Below, in pieces: positions 1 to 9,541 of a stretch of 64,000 nt of DNA (positions are counted from its first letter, which is position 1; each line of letters begins with the position of its first letter). The position numbers and the translations under genes are program-made. The DNA comes from an uncultured virus (IMG/VR IMGVR_UViG_2865147665_000001) (lineage: Duplodnaviria > Heunggongvirae > Uroviricota > Caudoviricetes), in IMG/VR virus record IMGVR_UViG_2865147665_000001, positions 1 through 64,000 of that record, one strand, 5' to 3'. A model generated the notes under the pieces. It had not been told where the DNA came from. It ran no database searches and saw only the letters and a program-made list of their open reading frames with translations.

Positions 1-578
1 CTACCGTGGCCGTCTTGCGGCGTCCACATCAGGGCGGATCAGGTCAGGGATCGGGGGGAGCCACGCCGGCCTGTCGGGTCCCAGGTGCTCGTCCGCCGCA
101 TCTTCCCGCTCCGCAATGTGCGACACTGCCACACCGTGGCGCATGTCCAGGTCAGTGATCCGCTCCGCCTGTCGGGTGAGCTGCCGCTCCGACTCGGTGA
201 GCCGCAGCCCCTGGTCATCCACCCGGCGCTGCAGAGATGTGACCGTCTCCCCCTGGGTCTCCATCGCCGATCGCACCACCCCCACCGCCGCCTCCGCCGC
301 CTGCACCGCGGCGCTCCGCTGGTCAGCCTCGGCGGCGATCCGCGGCGGGGACGGGGCCACCATATATGTGTGGGGGGGGGGGGGAGCCAAAAACCGGCCC
401 CTAAGAGACACCCCAGGGCTTTTCTTTTATGCACACCGAGCGTTATATAGCTCCGCTGGTCAGCCTCGGCGGCGATCCGGGCGGCCACCAGCTCCTGCTG
501 CTCCTTACGGATCCGCCACAACCCGCCGATCACGCCGACGACCGCGGTGGCCAATGCAGCAATCAACGCCCCGTCCAT
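1..578 (-). CDS. Lysis-cassette membrane/coiled-coil protein (~146 aa once a 137-bp artefactual insert is removed)
   Basis: N-terminal TM (ORF 39..584) and coiled-coil C-terminus (ORF 1..411) join in frame through the duplicated RIAAEADQRS segment. Confidence 0.65.
314..479. other. Probable assembly artefact: 29-bp duplication (314-342, 451-479) around a poly-G, low-quality insert
   Basis: Exact direct repeat, long G run, atypical composition; removal restores the ORF. Confidence 0.75.
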
Positions 579-580
579 GA

Positions 581-937
581 TCACCTCCGGTAGTAGTCGC
601 CAACACTCTGGGAATCCGCAGATGGGTACTCCCCCCGCTCCTCAGCCCGTATCGCCTGCACGACACTGTCGGGGAGAGAGGTCACCACCTCCCGGACCGC
701 GTTGAGAGCATCGACGGACGTGGCGACCTCGGAGGACGTGGCCTTATCGTCGGACCCCTCGTGGGTTTTCGAAGCTGCGAGGAGGGACACAGCGGCGGTG
801 AGGATCTCCGCCCACTGGTCGGCCAGACCGTCAATGTCCCCGGCGTCGATCCAGCCACGGGCGCCGGCGACCACGGCGGCAGCGAACACGACCAGGTAGA
901 TGATCTTCCGCCACAACCAGGCCGGAACTTTACTCAC
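581..937 (-). CDS. Holin (two TM segments)
   Basis: WRKIIYLVVFAAAVVAG and WAEILTAAVSLLAASKTH hydrophobic segments; position in lysis cassette; GTG start overlaps upstream stop. Confidence 0.75.
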   Translation of the reverse strand: MSKVPAWLWRKIIYLVVFAAAVVAGARGWIDAGDIDGLADQWAEILTAAVSLLAASKTHEGSDDKATSSEVATSVDALNAVREVVTSLPDSVVQAIRAEERGEYPSADSQSVGDYYRR

Positions 938-2222
938 CTGCAGCCTCCTTGATCTCAGGGTTGACCTCAGCCGAAGCGTCGATGACCCGCTGAATCGCAC
1001 GGGCAGCATCGTCACGGTTCATCGTCGATGTGTCGAGAGAGAGGCTCTTGGTCGACAGGGATCCGACGATCCCAGAATCGGAGACCAGGGACCCGCGCCA
1101 GCCCTGAGTGCAGTACGCGAGTGAGGTCTGGAAGACACCGGGGACGCTGATCTGAGGCCACGCGGACAGGTGGAAGTACGCGTCCTCGAGGTTCGTGTTC
1201 CATGGGTGGACGGATGGGGCGTACTGGGCTGCCGACTGCACGCGGGAGACGAGGACTGTTGGGGCAGACCACACACCGTCGGGCCGGTCGGCGGTCAGTG
1301 CGACAGACCCGGCAACGGTGTCAGCGTAGGTCAGGACGATCTTCCCTGCGATGCGCTGGACGTTGAGTTCACCGATGAAGCCCCCGGGGGTGAGAGGCTG
1401 GAGGATGGGGGTCGGAGTGATGTTCTTTCCCCATTCCCACCGGTCGCCGGTCCATCCCCAGTACTCCCATTCGGTGTCGGTGAAGCAGTTGTTGTAGTGA
1501 GCTCTGCGCAGGTAGACGCCGTCAGCTTCGGTGCCGACACCGGTCTTGCGCCCCTCACGGGAGCCGAAGACGTACAGGTTGTCGTCATTCGGCATCATGA
1601 GGAACGAAGCGTTCTGGAAGAACTTCCCGCGAGCATCCCACACGTCCCACTCGTACAAGCGGTTCAGATTGTCGCGGTAGCGGCCGACCTGCCAGGTGTC
1701 AGCGTTCGGCTCGTCAGACCAGAACCAGGCGTTGCTGATGGTCCAGCACATTGCCTGAGTCGGGTTGGAGAGCCATTCACGGACCCGGAAACCCATGGCG
1801 AAGTACCGGCCGTCCGGGACCTGGATAGCGTCGTTCGGGATGACTGTGAACGCGTCGAAGTTCCCGGAGTTGACCTGGCCGACGTTGGCGCCAACGTGCC
1901 GGTAGGGGAAGATCTCTTTCGCCCTTCCGCCAGTGTTCGGCGCTCCTGCGAAGTTGTCCCATACCGCACCACGAGTGAGGAAGTCCCGGTTGGATGTGCG
2001 CCCGAGCACCGGTGACCTCCACTGGTCACCACCGGCCGGTGTGGCACCGTGCGGGTCGGGCTTGTTGAACGTGTCGCCGAAGAGTCCACCGACCCAGGCC
2101 CCTTTACCGCCGGTGAACAGGTAGCCCAGATCTGTTCCCTTCACCTGGAACTTGTCGGTCGGTTTGGTGTCACCGGATGCGAGGCCACCGTACCCGGCCG
2201 ACGTGTGGATGAGAGTGCTCAA
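930..2222 (-). CDS. DUF4185-family glycoside hydrolase (putative D-arabinanase)
   Basis: Motifs GTDLG, LFGDTF, WRSPVL typical of DUF4185; lies between endolysin and holin. Confidence 0.75.
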   Translation of the reverse strand: MSTLIHTSAGYGGLASGDTKPTDKFQVKGTDLGYLFTGGKGAWVGGLFGDTFNKPDPHGATPAGGDQWRSPVLGRTSNRDFLTRGAVWDNFAGAPNTGGRAKEIFPYRHVGANVGQVNSGNFDAFTVIPNDAIQVPDGRYFAMGFRVREWLSNPTQAMCWTISNAWFWSDEPNADTWQVGRYRDNLNRLYEWDVWDARGKFFQNASFLMMPNDDNLYVFGSREGRKTGVGTEADGVYLRRAHYNNCFTDTEWEYWGWTGDRWEWGKNITPTPILQPLTPGGFIGELNVQRIAGKIVLTYADTVAGSVALTADRPDGVWSAPTVLVSRVQSAAQYAPSVHPWNTNLEDAYFHLSAWPQISVPGVFQTSLAYCTQGWRGSLVSDSGIVGSLSTKSLSLDTSTMNRDDAARAIQRVIDASAEVNPEIKEAAGE

Positions 2223-2411
2223 GTCAACTCCTCGTGAAAGTGGTTCGTACAGCTTTCACTGTCCCTTGCAGTGGGGGGTGCTCGCTCGGTGTGCGACATG
2301 CGCCGCTACCTGCACAGTTCTTCTATCATCAGCCCCACAGGTAACACACAGTTCGAGTGCTCCGCTTGAGGAAAATGGACACCCACTATCCCCACCATGG
2401 AAGGACACACC

Positions 2412-2792
2412 ATGCGCTTCACCCGCTCCCTAGCCGCATTAGCGGTCACCGTGGCAGCAATCGCCGGCACAGGAACCGCGGCCGCAGAGACTAGACCATC
2501 ACTGCCCGCCCCAGGAACCCAGGACAGTGAAACAGCGTTCTGGGGGGAACGTCCCGCCGACGCTACTGTGCTGGTCACCCCGTACCGGGATGGGAAACCG
2601 CTCCGGTGCCTATCCCGGGCTGACCACACGAGCGACTGCTGGCAACAGCGACCAGACGGGCAGTGGACCTCCCTGCTCAGCCTCGGACCGGTGCTGGTCT
2701 ACCCGGTGTGGGAGGACCCAGCGTCACTACTGAGCTTCATCCCTCCACTGCCGGATTTCTCCCACCTGCCGTCACTCCTGGGAAGTCGGTAG
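2412..2792 (+). CDS. Small secreted protein, counter-oriented moron
   Basis: AAGGA RBS, signal peptide MRFTRSLAALAVTVAAIAGTGTAAA, Cys pair, C-terminal SLLGSR. Confidence 0.7.
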   Translation: MRFTRSLAALAVTVAAIAGTGTAAAETRPSLPAPGTQDSETAFWGERPADATVLVTPYRDGKPLRCLSRADHTSDCWQQRPDGQWTSLLSLGPVLVYPVWEDPASLLSFIPPLPDFSHLPSLLGSR

Positions 2793-4118
2793 CTTCTGGA
2801 GGATGGCTTTAATGTCGGAGACGTCATGCTTGATCTGCTTGACGTCCTCGACGAGCGTCATTCCATCGAACCACCCGGTGAAGCTTGGCGTCCCGTCTGG
2901 CTCTTTCTCGGGGCCGGCAAGCTTGTCGAGGGCGAGCTCGATCCGTCGACTGTCACTGATCTGTGCCACGGGCGCAGATGGTGCGGTGTGGCGAATTCCA
3001 CTGAACAGGGCTTCGAGGTCGGTCCTGGTCCCGCGGTATGCGTTGATGTCGACGGATTTTCCAGCGACCTGCGCCTGAGACCCGAATTGCAGCAGGTCGG
3101 GTTTCCGGTCGCCGAGGGGGTAGGACCATCCGGGGTGATTGTCTCCACCATCACCGGCATACAGGGACTTCGGCGGTCCGACGAGATTTCGCCCGTAGTT
3201 GGACACCCACAGGCATCCGAGACCGTCCATGCTGGGCTCCCCGCCGGGCATGCGCTCCCAGTACCATGCTCCGGTGTAGATGCCGGGGACACGGTAGCCG
3301 CGTCGGGTGAGCTCGTCGCGGGCTGCGCGCACATCGGCGCCCGTCAGGGTCTTCTCGCCGGTCTCCTTGTTCACTGATTCGACGTCGATCCACACCCCGA
3401 GGTCTTTCCTCCCCCCGAGTTGCCGGTCGATCACATCGACCTGCTGGGAGATTGTGGTCCCCTCTGACGGGGCACGGAGGTACCAGTACGTGGCCGCCAG
3501 CAGGCCAGCGGTCTCCGCGTCATCGAGATGACTCCGGAACACTGGATCCGCGTAGGTGCCGTCGCACAGGCGGATGATGGCGAACGTCATGCCCTCCGCC
3601 TTGGCCTGCGCCAGGCTCATGCCGTCCTGCCACTGGGACACGTCGACGCCGAAGATTGTCATGGAACCTCCCGTAGTAGATGGTTTCTCCCCTGGTGGAG
3701 TGGCGCCCGCCAGCCATGCGGCGGGGTCGCGGTGCTGTCCGCCGGTCCTGCCGGGTGGCCCCCACACCTCGAAATGTAGGTGCGGTCCGGTGGTCTGCCC
3801 CTCATTGCCGGACACGCCGATTTGCTGTCCTGCGGTCACCCGGTCTCCCGCTCTGACGAGGATCCCGGGGTGGTGGACGTGGCCGTAGATCAGGTCCACG
3901 CCTGCTGATTCCTGGCAGTCGATCCAGATCCAGGAGCCGAAGCCGGAGACGCTGCCCTGTGCTCGGTCTTTGCCCTGCACGACTATTCCGTCTGCTGCCG
4001 CGTAGATCGGAGTGCCCACCGCGCAGGCGAGGTCCAGGCCGGCGTGGAAGGTCCCCCACCGGGTGCCGTAGCCGCTGGACACGGTGTAGGTGCCGGGTTT
4101 CATCGGGTGAGTGACCAT
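2772..4118 (-). CDS. Endolysin: M23 peptidase + GH25 muramidase + C-terminal tail
   Basis: HAGLD, YGH and GPHLHFEV (M23); GVDVSQWQ, WIDVE, LLQF and VDIN (GH25). Confidence 0.92.
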   Translation of the reverse strand: MVTHPMKPGTYTVSSGYGTRWGTFHAGLDLACAVGTPIYAAADGIVVQGKDRAQGSVSGFGSWIWIDCQESAGVDLIYGHVHHPGILVRAGDRVTAGQQIGVSGNEGQTTGPHLHFEVWGPPGRTGGQHRDPAAWLAGATPPGEKPSTTGGSMTIFGVDVSQWQDGMSLAQAKAEGMTFAIIRLCDGTYADPVFRSHLDDAETAGLLAATYWYLRAPSEGTTISQQVDVIDRQLGGRKDLGVWIDVESVNKETGEKTLTGADVRAARDELTRRGYRVPGIYTGAWYWERMPGGEPSMDGLGCLWVSNYGRNLVGPPKSLYAGDGGDNHPGWSYPLGDRKPDLLQFGSQAQVAGKSVDINAYRGTRTDLEALFSGIRHTAPSAPVAQISDSRRIELALDKLAGPEKEPDGTPSFTGWFDGMTLVEDVKQIKHDVSDIKAILQKLPTSQE

Positions 4119-4168
4119 GGCGTCATCATCTCCGTCCTGTCATGGTTGCTGCCCGCACTGCGACGTTT

Positions 4169-4837
4169 TCACCAGCTGCGGAATCGGATCCACGCCCGGC
4201 CGGGAGCTCCGTCGCCGCCCTTTTTCGCGCCGAAGAGGAACGCCCCCCGCCCCGGTCCGCCGCCCCCGCCGGGTGGGTTGCCGGCTGCTTCGATGGTCGG
4301 TTGCTCACCCCCGCTGGTGAACGTCGTGCTGTCCGGCTGCCCGTAGCCGTACCCCTCGGGGACGGTGAGGGTGGTCGGTCCCGGGGACTTGCCGGCCGCC
4401 CCACCGGTGCCGGTTCCGCCGGCCCCGCCGGTACCGGTGGCGACCACTTCACCGTTGACGGCCGCTGTGGTGTCGCCACCGGCCGCCCCCGGTGAGTTGG
4501 GGCCACCGGCGCCCCCGACACCGCCCTGTCCGATTGTGACCACGATAGGGGTGCCCGCTGCGATGTCCCGGCCGAGCAGCTGTTTCCACTGCCCGGCGGC
4601 GCCACCGTTACCGTGGGCGTTCGCGTTGTTGCCTCCCGACCCGCCACCGCCGGCCCCGAGCATGACGAAGTCGATGTAGGCAGCCCACGCCGGGACGGTG
4701 AGGGTGGTGGTGGCAGTGATCTCCTGCCACTCCCGCGCTGCCCGCCATATCTCGTCGGTGCCCAGACACACGGCTGCCGCCGGGGACGTGCCAACCATGA
4801 TCTGTGAGGGGGCGGTGGTGCCGAGAAACAGGCCCAT
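4169..4837 (-). CDS. Glycine-rich minor tail protein
   Basis: GAGGGGSGG-type repeats typical of actinophage tail-tip proteins. Confidence 0.75.
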   Translation of the reverse strand: MGLFLGTTAPSQIMVGTSPAAAVCLGTDEIWRAAREWQEITATTTLTVPAWAAYIDFVMLGAGGGGSGGNNANAHGNGGAAGQWKQLLGRDIAAGTPIVVTIGQGGVGGAGGPNSPGAAGGDTTAAVNGEVVATGTGGAGGTGTGGAAGKSPGPTTLTVPEGYGYGQPDSTTFTSGGEQPTIEAAGNPPGGGGGPGRGAFLFGAKKGGDGAPGRAWIRFRSW

Positions 4838-5133
4838 CAGGACATCACCAGGGTTATCTGGTTGGCAGGTGCGGACGTGGGCCGGGTGGTGGACGTGACC
4901 ACAGTGAACGCGCCACTGACGTAGTTTCCGTCGACGTACGACTTGCTCACAGCGTCAGTGGCAGTCTGTGGGATGTGCGGTACGGTGACCTGCCCCGAGG
5001 TGCCACGGCGTACGATCTTGCCGCCGGTGGCAGGCACCGCGACATCCGACTGCGGGACCAGTGTCGACGTGTCGACGGCCGGGCCTTGATCGCCCTTCGG
5101 GCCTTTGATCGACCCCTGCGGTGTCCAAGCCAT
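4837..5133 (-). CDS. Small tail fibre-associated protein
   Basis: [16 protein letters not shown]-terminus; DAVSKSYVD fibre motif. Confidence 0.65.
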   Translation of the reverse strand: MAWTPQGSIKGPKGDQGPAVDTSTLVPQSDVAVPATGGKIVRRGTSGQVTVPHIPQTATDAVSKSYVDGNYVSGAFTVVTSTTRPTSAPANQITLVMS

Positions 5134-5141
5134 GATCCCCC

Positions 5142-5778
5142 CTAGTCCAGCTTGTAGACGGTGCCGGATGTCGTGTCGAGGTACATGTCGCCCGTGATCG
5201 CACCGCTCACCGTGCCGGGGGTGCCTGCGCCGGTGAACCACTGCGAACCACGGGCACCGGTATCGCCCTTCTCCCCCGTCGCGCCCTTCTCCCCGGCAGG
5301 GCCCCGCTCGCCGGCAGGGCCCTGGAGCCCCTGGATACCCTGCGGCCCCTCGGCGCCGCGAGGACCCTGCGGGCCGCGGAAGTCGACAGCCGGCGCCCAC
5401 GAATCGCCGGCCCAGACGTGGAGCTTGCCATCATCCTGCGTGATGTACGCCTTACCAGCATCTGCGCTGGTCAGGCCCGTAGGCAGCGCAGCTTCGCTCG
5501 CCACAGAGCCGGTGATGCTGATGCCTTTACCGTCGGCGCCGTCCTCGCCGCGCTCGCCCTGCGGTCCCTGCGGNGCCCGTAGCCCCAAGTAAGGCCCGTG
5601 GACCCAGAGCGGATGTAGCTGGCTCTGATACACATCTAAATGTGTATAAGAGACAACCCTGGATGCCCTGCTCGCCCTGGAGCCCCTGCGGCCCCTCCGG
5701 GCCGCGCTCACCTGCGGGCCCACGCTCGCCAGGGTCACCCTTCGGCCCCTTAATCGACCCAGTCTGCACCCACGCCAT
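5142..5778 (-). CDS. Collagen-like tail fibre protein, apparently split by an adapter artefact at ~5574-5656
   Basis: Gly-X-Y runs in both ORF 5527..5778 and ORF 5142..5738. Confidence 0.75.
5619..5656. other. Nextera mate-pair junction adapter remnant (artefact)
   Basis: ctggctctgatacacatctaaatgtgtataagagacaa matches CTGTCTCTTATACACATCT-AGATGTGTATAAGAGACAG at 34/38; an N lies at 5574. Confidence 0.93.
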
Positions 5779-5787
5779 AGTCTTCTC

Positions 5788-6042
5788 CTACCTGATCATC
5801 CTGCCGTCGGCGTCAGCCTCCAGCTCGTAAATTGTCCCTGTCAGCACGTCCAGCCACGTGTCACCAGGCTTCGCACCCTCGATGTACTCAGGCGGTGCCC
5901 CCTGCCCGTGCCACTGCACCGGGCCACCAGACACCGGCCCCGGCTCCCCAGGCGGCCCGGCAGGCCCGATCGGGCCCATCGGCCCCGCCGTCGGCACCAG
6001 CATCACCTGATCAACCACCAGCGGATCCGCTCTCCTACTCAC
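5788..6042 (-). CDS. Short collagen-like tail protein
   Basis: GPMGPIGPAGPPGEPGP followed by GDTWLDVLTGTIYEL. Confidence 0.65.
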   Translation of the reverse strand: MSRRADPLVVDQVMLVPTAGPMGPIGPAGPPGEPGPVSGGPVQWHGQGAPPEYIEGAKPGDTWLDVLTGTIYELEADADGRMIR

Positions 6043-6332
6043 AGCACCCTCCTCACTACGTGCCCCTCGGTCAACACCGTCCACACGCCACCGGTTTTCA
6101 CACGGACCACCACCGGCGTCCGGTCAGGGATCCGATCCGTCTCGTCGGCGGGGATCACCAGCTCTGCCCCCTCCGGAGACAGGGCGAACCTCCGGACCTC
6201 ACCCCCGACCAGGGCCTCCATGCCCTGCACGTCACCACCATGTCGGAGTGAAAGTCTCAGATCCTCGTCGGGGCGGATGACCGGATCCCACCGGTACGGG
6301 GACCACTGAAGACCCCGCACGTCACACCTCAC
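6039..6332 (-). CDS. Small tail-region protein
   Basis: Fills the gap with overlapping starts/stops; start uncertain. Confidence 0.5.
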   Translation of the reverse strand: MRCDVRGLQWSPYRWDPVIRPDEDLRLSLRHGGDVQGMEALVGGEVRRFALSPEGAELVIPADETDRIPDRTPVVVRVKTGGVWTVLTEGHVVRRVL

Positions 6333-7416
6333 TCACCGGGTAGTTCACGTGGAAAGTCCATGTGCCCACCGGGTAGCCGCCCAGGATGTAGGGCACGCCG
6401 GTGCCGGGGCCGCCGTTCGGCGTCTGACACACGTAGGGAGCAAGCCGCGTGTCCCCGATCGTCGGGTTCGTCCATAGCATGCCGCGCGTCCAGCCCCTCT
6501 TGATCAGCATCTCCGCGTGCCAGTCGTAGGACCCGTCACCGCCGTACCCGGTGGTGTACAGGTGACCCATGCTCCACGTGTCCTCCTGCCATGACGCACA
6601 CGCCAACGGCAGATCGACGGTCATCTGCCCATCGCCCCAGGTCGCTCCGGTGGACCCGGCGCGGATGTAGACATACCCATCCAGCATCCCGTCCACCACG
6701 CGGTACCGGGCGCTCACTTCGGAGCCATTGCCATGACCTGCGACGGTGCCACCGCTGGTCCCGTTCACCGCACTGTTGCCATAGAAGCGCAGAGTCGGCG
6801 TCCACATGCGCCACGGATTCGAGTCCGTGCCCACCGCACGCCACGTACCGTCATTATCCAGCCGCTTCGTGTACGTGCCCTGGTCCGTGGAAATCATTGC
6901 CCCGGGTCGCAGATCCAGCCACGCCGGGGTATCCAGCGCCGCCTGTGACACACGAATCGGGCCACCATCACCACCCCACATCCGGTAATCGCGGAACACC
7001 CCAGCCGCAGAAGTGCCAGCATCACGCCTGACCTGGCAAATCAGCGCGTCGTACATAACCCCGGGGATGCGATTGATCATGGCGGGGTTCGGTGTCCCAG
7101 AAGTCTGCAACGAGCTCGAGGCCACATGCACGAGCTGTGCCGTCCCCGCAGACCAGTCCACCCGCAGCAGTACCACACCCCACCTTGAGCCAGAGGACAC
7201 CGAAGGCACGGACACCGTGTTCGTGCCCGTCAGAGTTACACGTGCCCCAGACACCCACGCCCCACCAGGCTGCACCGTCACAGTGCCCTGGTTGTACGAC
7301 GGCTGAAGCTCCGTCGGACCACCTACGAGGAAACGCGGCGCAACCGGGGACATCATGTCCGCGAACTGTGACGGACCGATCGTCGTGTTGGCCGTCCCCA
7401 CCACTGAAATCGCCAT
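6322..7416 (-). CDS. Minor tail protein (possible receptor binding)
   Basis: Position; VTVQPGGAWVSG N-terminal motif; beta-rich C-terminus. Confidence 0.7.
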   Translation of the reverse strand: MAISVVGTANTTIGPSQFADMMSPVAPRFLVGGPTELQPSYNQGTVTVQPGGAWVSGARVTLTGTNTVSVPSVSSGSRWGVVLLRVDWSAGTAQLVHVASSSLQTSGTPNPAMINRIPGVMYDALICQVRRDAGTSAAGVFRDYRMWGGDGGPIRVSQAALDTPAWLDLRPGAMISTDQGTYTKRLDNDGTWRAVGTDSNPWRMWTPTLRFYGNSAVNGTSGGTVAGHGNGSEVSARYRVVDGMLDGYVYIRAGSTGATWGDGQMTVDLPLACASWQEDTWSMGHLYTTGYGGDGSYDWHAEMLIKRGWTRGMLWTNPTIGDTRLAPYVCQTPNGGPGTGVPYILGGYPVGTWTFHVNYPVSEV

Positions 7417-8642
7417 TACTCCCTCTCCAGAGCACCAATCCGCCGTGCCATGTCAGCCACCGGCTCCCGAACCGTCGAATCCGGGGTACCCACCGTCGGC
7501 GTCACCGTCAGCTCACTCGGGGTGATCTTCACCTCCACCTCCGTGATGACCTCCTCGACTGTTCCGACTAACGGCAGCACCACCGTGGCCAAATCGCCCG
7601 GCCGATACCAACCATCACCTTCACCGGCACCAAGCTGCCAATGAGTTCCTGCGTTGATCTTCACTGACACGGACTCCGACGCCGCGGTCTCCGACAGCGC
7701 CACCGCCGCCTGAACCTCCAGATTCTCCCGGACGCGAAACGGGTCCACCCCGTTCTCGCCGAGCGGGGCGGGGTCCTGAACCTTGCGATACCCCTCACGG
7801 ATAGCCCACCACGGCTGACCCTCATCCTCACGACGCTGCTCCAGGTCATACCTGTCCACCACGTCTTCGGCACCATTGCTGGCAACCACCCTGGTCATCG
7901 TGGCCCTGGACCGTGACACCTCCCAGCTCGCAATATCCCCACCCTCAGACGACCACACCAGCCCCGGCCGGCGGCGGTAGGGCACGACGTCCACGGCCAC
8001 GAACGGCCACACCGCTCCGACCTGGTCCGTGATTGGCTGGTCCCCCGGCACCCACGGAGTGACCTCCAGCCGGTAACCAGTGCCCGTGAGCAGGCCACGG
8101 ACAGCATCCCCCACAGACACCCACGCCCCACGGGCAGTGACCTCCGGGCCACGGCCCTGGTCAGGAGTCACATAGACAGGGTGGCTCACCCGCAAAGTAC
8201 CGACGGTGACCAGCCTCTTGATCACCGTTTCCAGCGGCCCGGTCACCTCGAACTCGGCCGCGGAGGTGGTCAGCCCGTCAGCCAGGCCCGGGGGGAGCAC
8301 CTGCCCGTCAAGCAGCGTCCACCCACCAGCCCCGGTCACTTCCAGCATCGCCAGAGTCGGATCATCTCCACTGACCACCTTCGCATCCACCGGAACCGTG
8401 AGATGGGTCAGCCCGTTGTAGCGCATCGCGATCAGCGTCCGCCCATCGCAGGGCAGCAGACGTGCTGTCAGTTCAGTGAGGGGCACCCTCAGACTGCTGA
8501 CATCCGCAGCCCGATCCACGAACGTGAATAGCATCTCCTCGAACGCGCCCACGTGACCCAGAACCCGCCCACCGAAGTCGACCAGCTCCACCGACAACGG
8601 CTCCTCGACGGGACCGCCGGCAGTGTTGTACATCGTCGTCAT
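7416..8642 (-). CDS. Minor tail protein (Gp37-like hub)
   Basis: Follows distal tail gene; YRPGDLATV...ITEVEV...VTPTVG C-terminal motif. Confidence 0.75.
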   Translation of the reverse strand: MTTMYNTAGGPVEEPLSVELVDFGGRVLGHVGAFEEMLFTFVDRAADVSSLRVPLTELTARLLPCDGRTLIAMRYNGLTHLTVPVDAKVVSGDDPTLAMLEVTGAGGWTLLDGQVLPPGLADGLTTSAAEFEVTGPLETVIKRLVTVGTLRVSHPVYVTPDQGRGPEVTARGAWVSVGDAVRGLLTGTGYRLEVTPWVPGDQPITDQVGAVWPFVAVDVVPYRRRPGLVWSSEGGDIASWEVSRSRATMTRVVASNGAEDVVDRYDLEQRREDEGQPWWAIREGYRKVQDPAPLGENGVDPFRVRENLEVQAAVALSETAASESVSVKINAGTHWQLGAGEGDGWYRPGDLATVVLPLVGTVEEVITEVEVKITPSELTVTPTVGTPDSTVREPVADMARRIGALERE

Positions 8643-9541
8643 CAGAACGCCCTCGCATACTTGGCGCGACCGGTAGCAGTGATCGACCCGCCGGCGCCGA
8701 TAGAATCCGCCCGAATCACCACCGGCACCCTGTCACCCACCGGGGCCGCGGCCCAGGTCCCGCTCACCTGCTCGTACAGAGAGGGCCGCGCAATGTCGGC
8801 AGTGTCGATCACGCTGCGCATGGTCGGGTCGGTCTCCACCTCGATGATCTGCCCGGAAAGCACGCTGCCCTGATACGCGAGCACCGCGTCTCCAATACCG
8901 AACACCGGGTTGACGACCGGTCCTGCGATCGTCCAGCGCAGCCACATCGGCCCTTGACCTCGGTTCGCCACCCACGCGTCACCTGCGGATACACCCGCTG
9001 AGATGTACAGCGGCCACCCGGCGCCCGTCGGCCCGTAGAACGGTGTCGACGTGCCACTGACGTCGTCAGCGTCGTAGCGGTAGACCTGCTCCGGCCCCTC
9101 CCACCACGGCCCATCGCCGGTGAGCACCCAGGCCTCCACGACGGGCTCCTCGCCCAAGCCGGGGTCGAAGGTGTAGGAAGTGTCCGGACTCTCGGCCAGG
9201 CGCAGCCGGCGCGACCGGGTCTCCCCATCGGGGCGGGTGACGGTGAGAGTTCCCAGTTCAAAGGGGGAGTTGGCCTGCGTCCACCACTCGTCGATCAGCC
9301 GGTACAGGGCATCACCGGTGAACCAACCGGTCGCCGGGCTGTAGCCGATGCTGATCTTGAGCGGGTGAATGCCGCGAGACAGTCTTGCCGCAGCCCAAAC
9401 ACTGTCACCCCGCAGCCACGTGTGCTCAATCCCGGACCAGTCCAGGCCCTCCTGCCCGAGGTCGAGGATCACCCCCTCGGTACCGCCCGACAGGTCCCAG
9501 ATCTTCCCCCGCGGGTCAGTCCATGTCACCGTCAGCATCAC
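8642..9541 (-). CDS. Distal tail protein
   Basis: Directly after tape measure; WTDPRGKIWDL and NRGQGPMWLRWTIAGP motifs. Confidence 0.75.
   Translation of the reverse strand: MMLTVTWTDPRGKIWDLSGGTEGVILDLGQEGLDWSGIEHTWLRGDSVWAAARLSRGIHPLKISIGYSPATGWFTGDALYRLIDEWWTQANSPFELGTLTVTRPDGETRSRRLRLAESPDTSYTFDPGLGEEPVVEAWVLTGDGPWWEGPEQVYRYDADDVSGTSTPFYGPTGAGWPLYISAGVSAGDAWVANRGQGPMWLRWTIAGPVVNPVFGIGDAVLAYQGSVLSGQIIEVETDPTMRSVIDTADIARPSLYEQVSGTWAAAPVGDRVPVVIRADSIGAGGSITATGRAKYARAF

Noticed and set aside
343..450. Apparent insertion with 29-bp target duplication or poly-G phase-variation tract
   Set aside because: Looks like a low-quality read tail joined at a contig overlap (G run, taagagaca adapter-like piece); removal restores the gene
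5574..5656. Frameshift or variable cassette in the collagen fibre gene; Tn5 mosaic ends
   Set aside because: Matches the Nextera mate-pair junction adapter next to an N; library artefact
4169..7416. Diversity-generating retroelement acting on tail genes
   Set aside because: No reverse transcriptase and no TR/VR pair seen in the window
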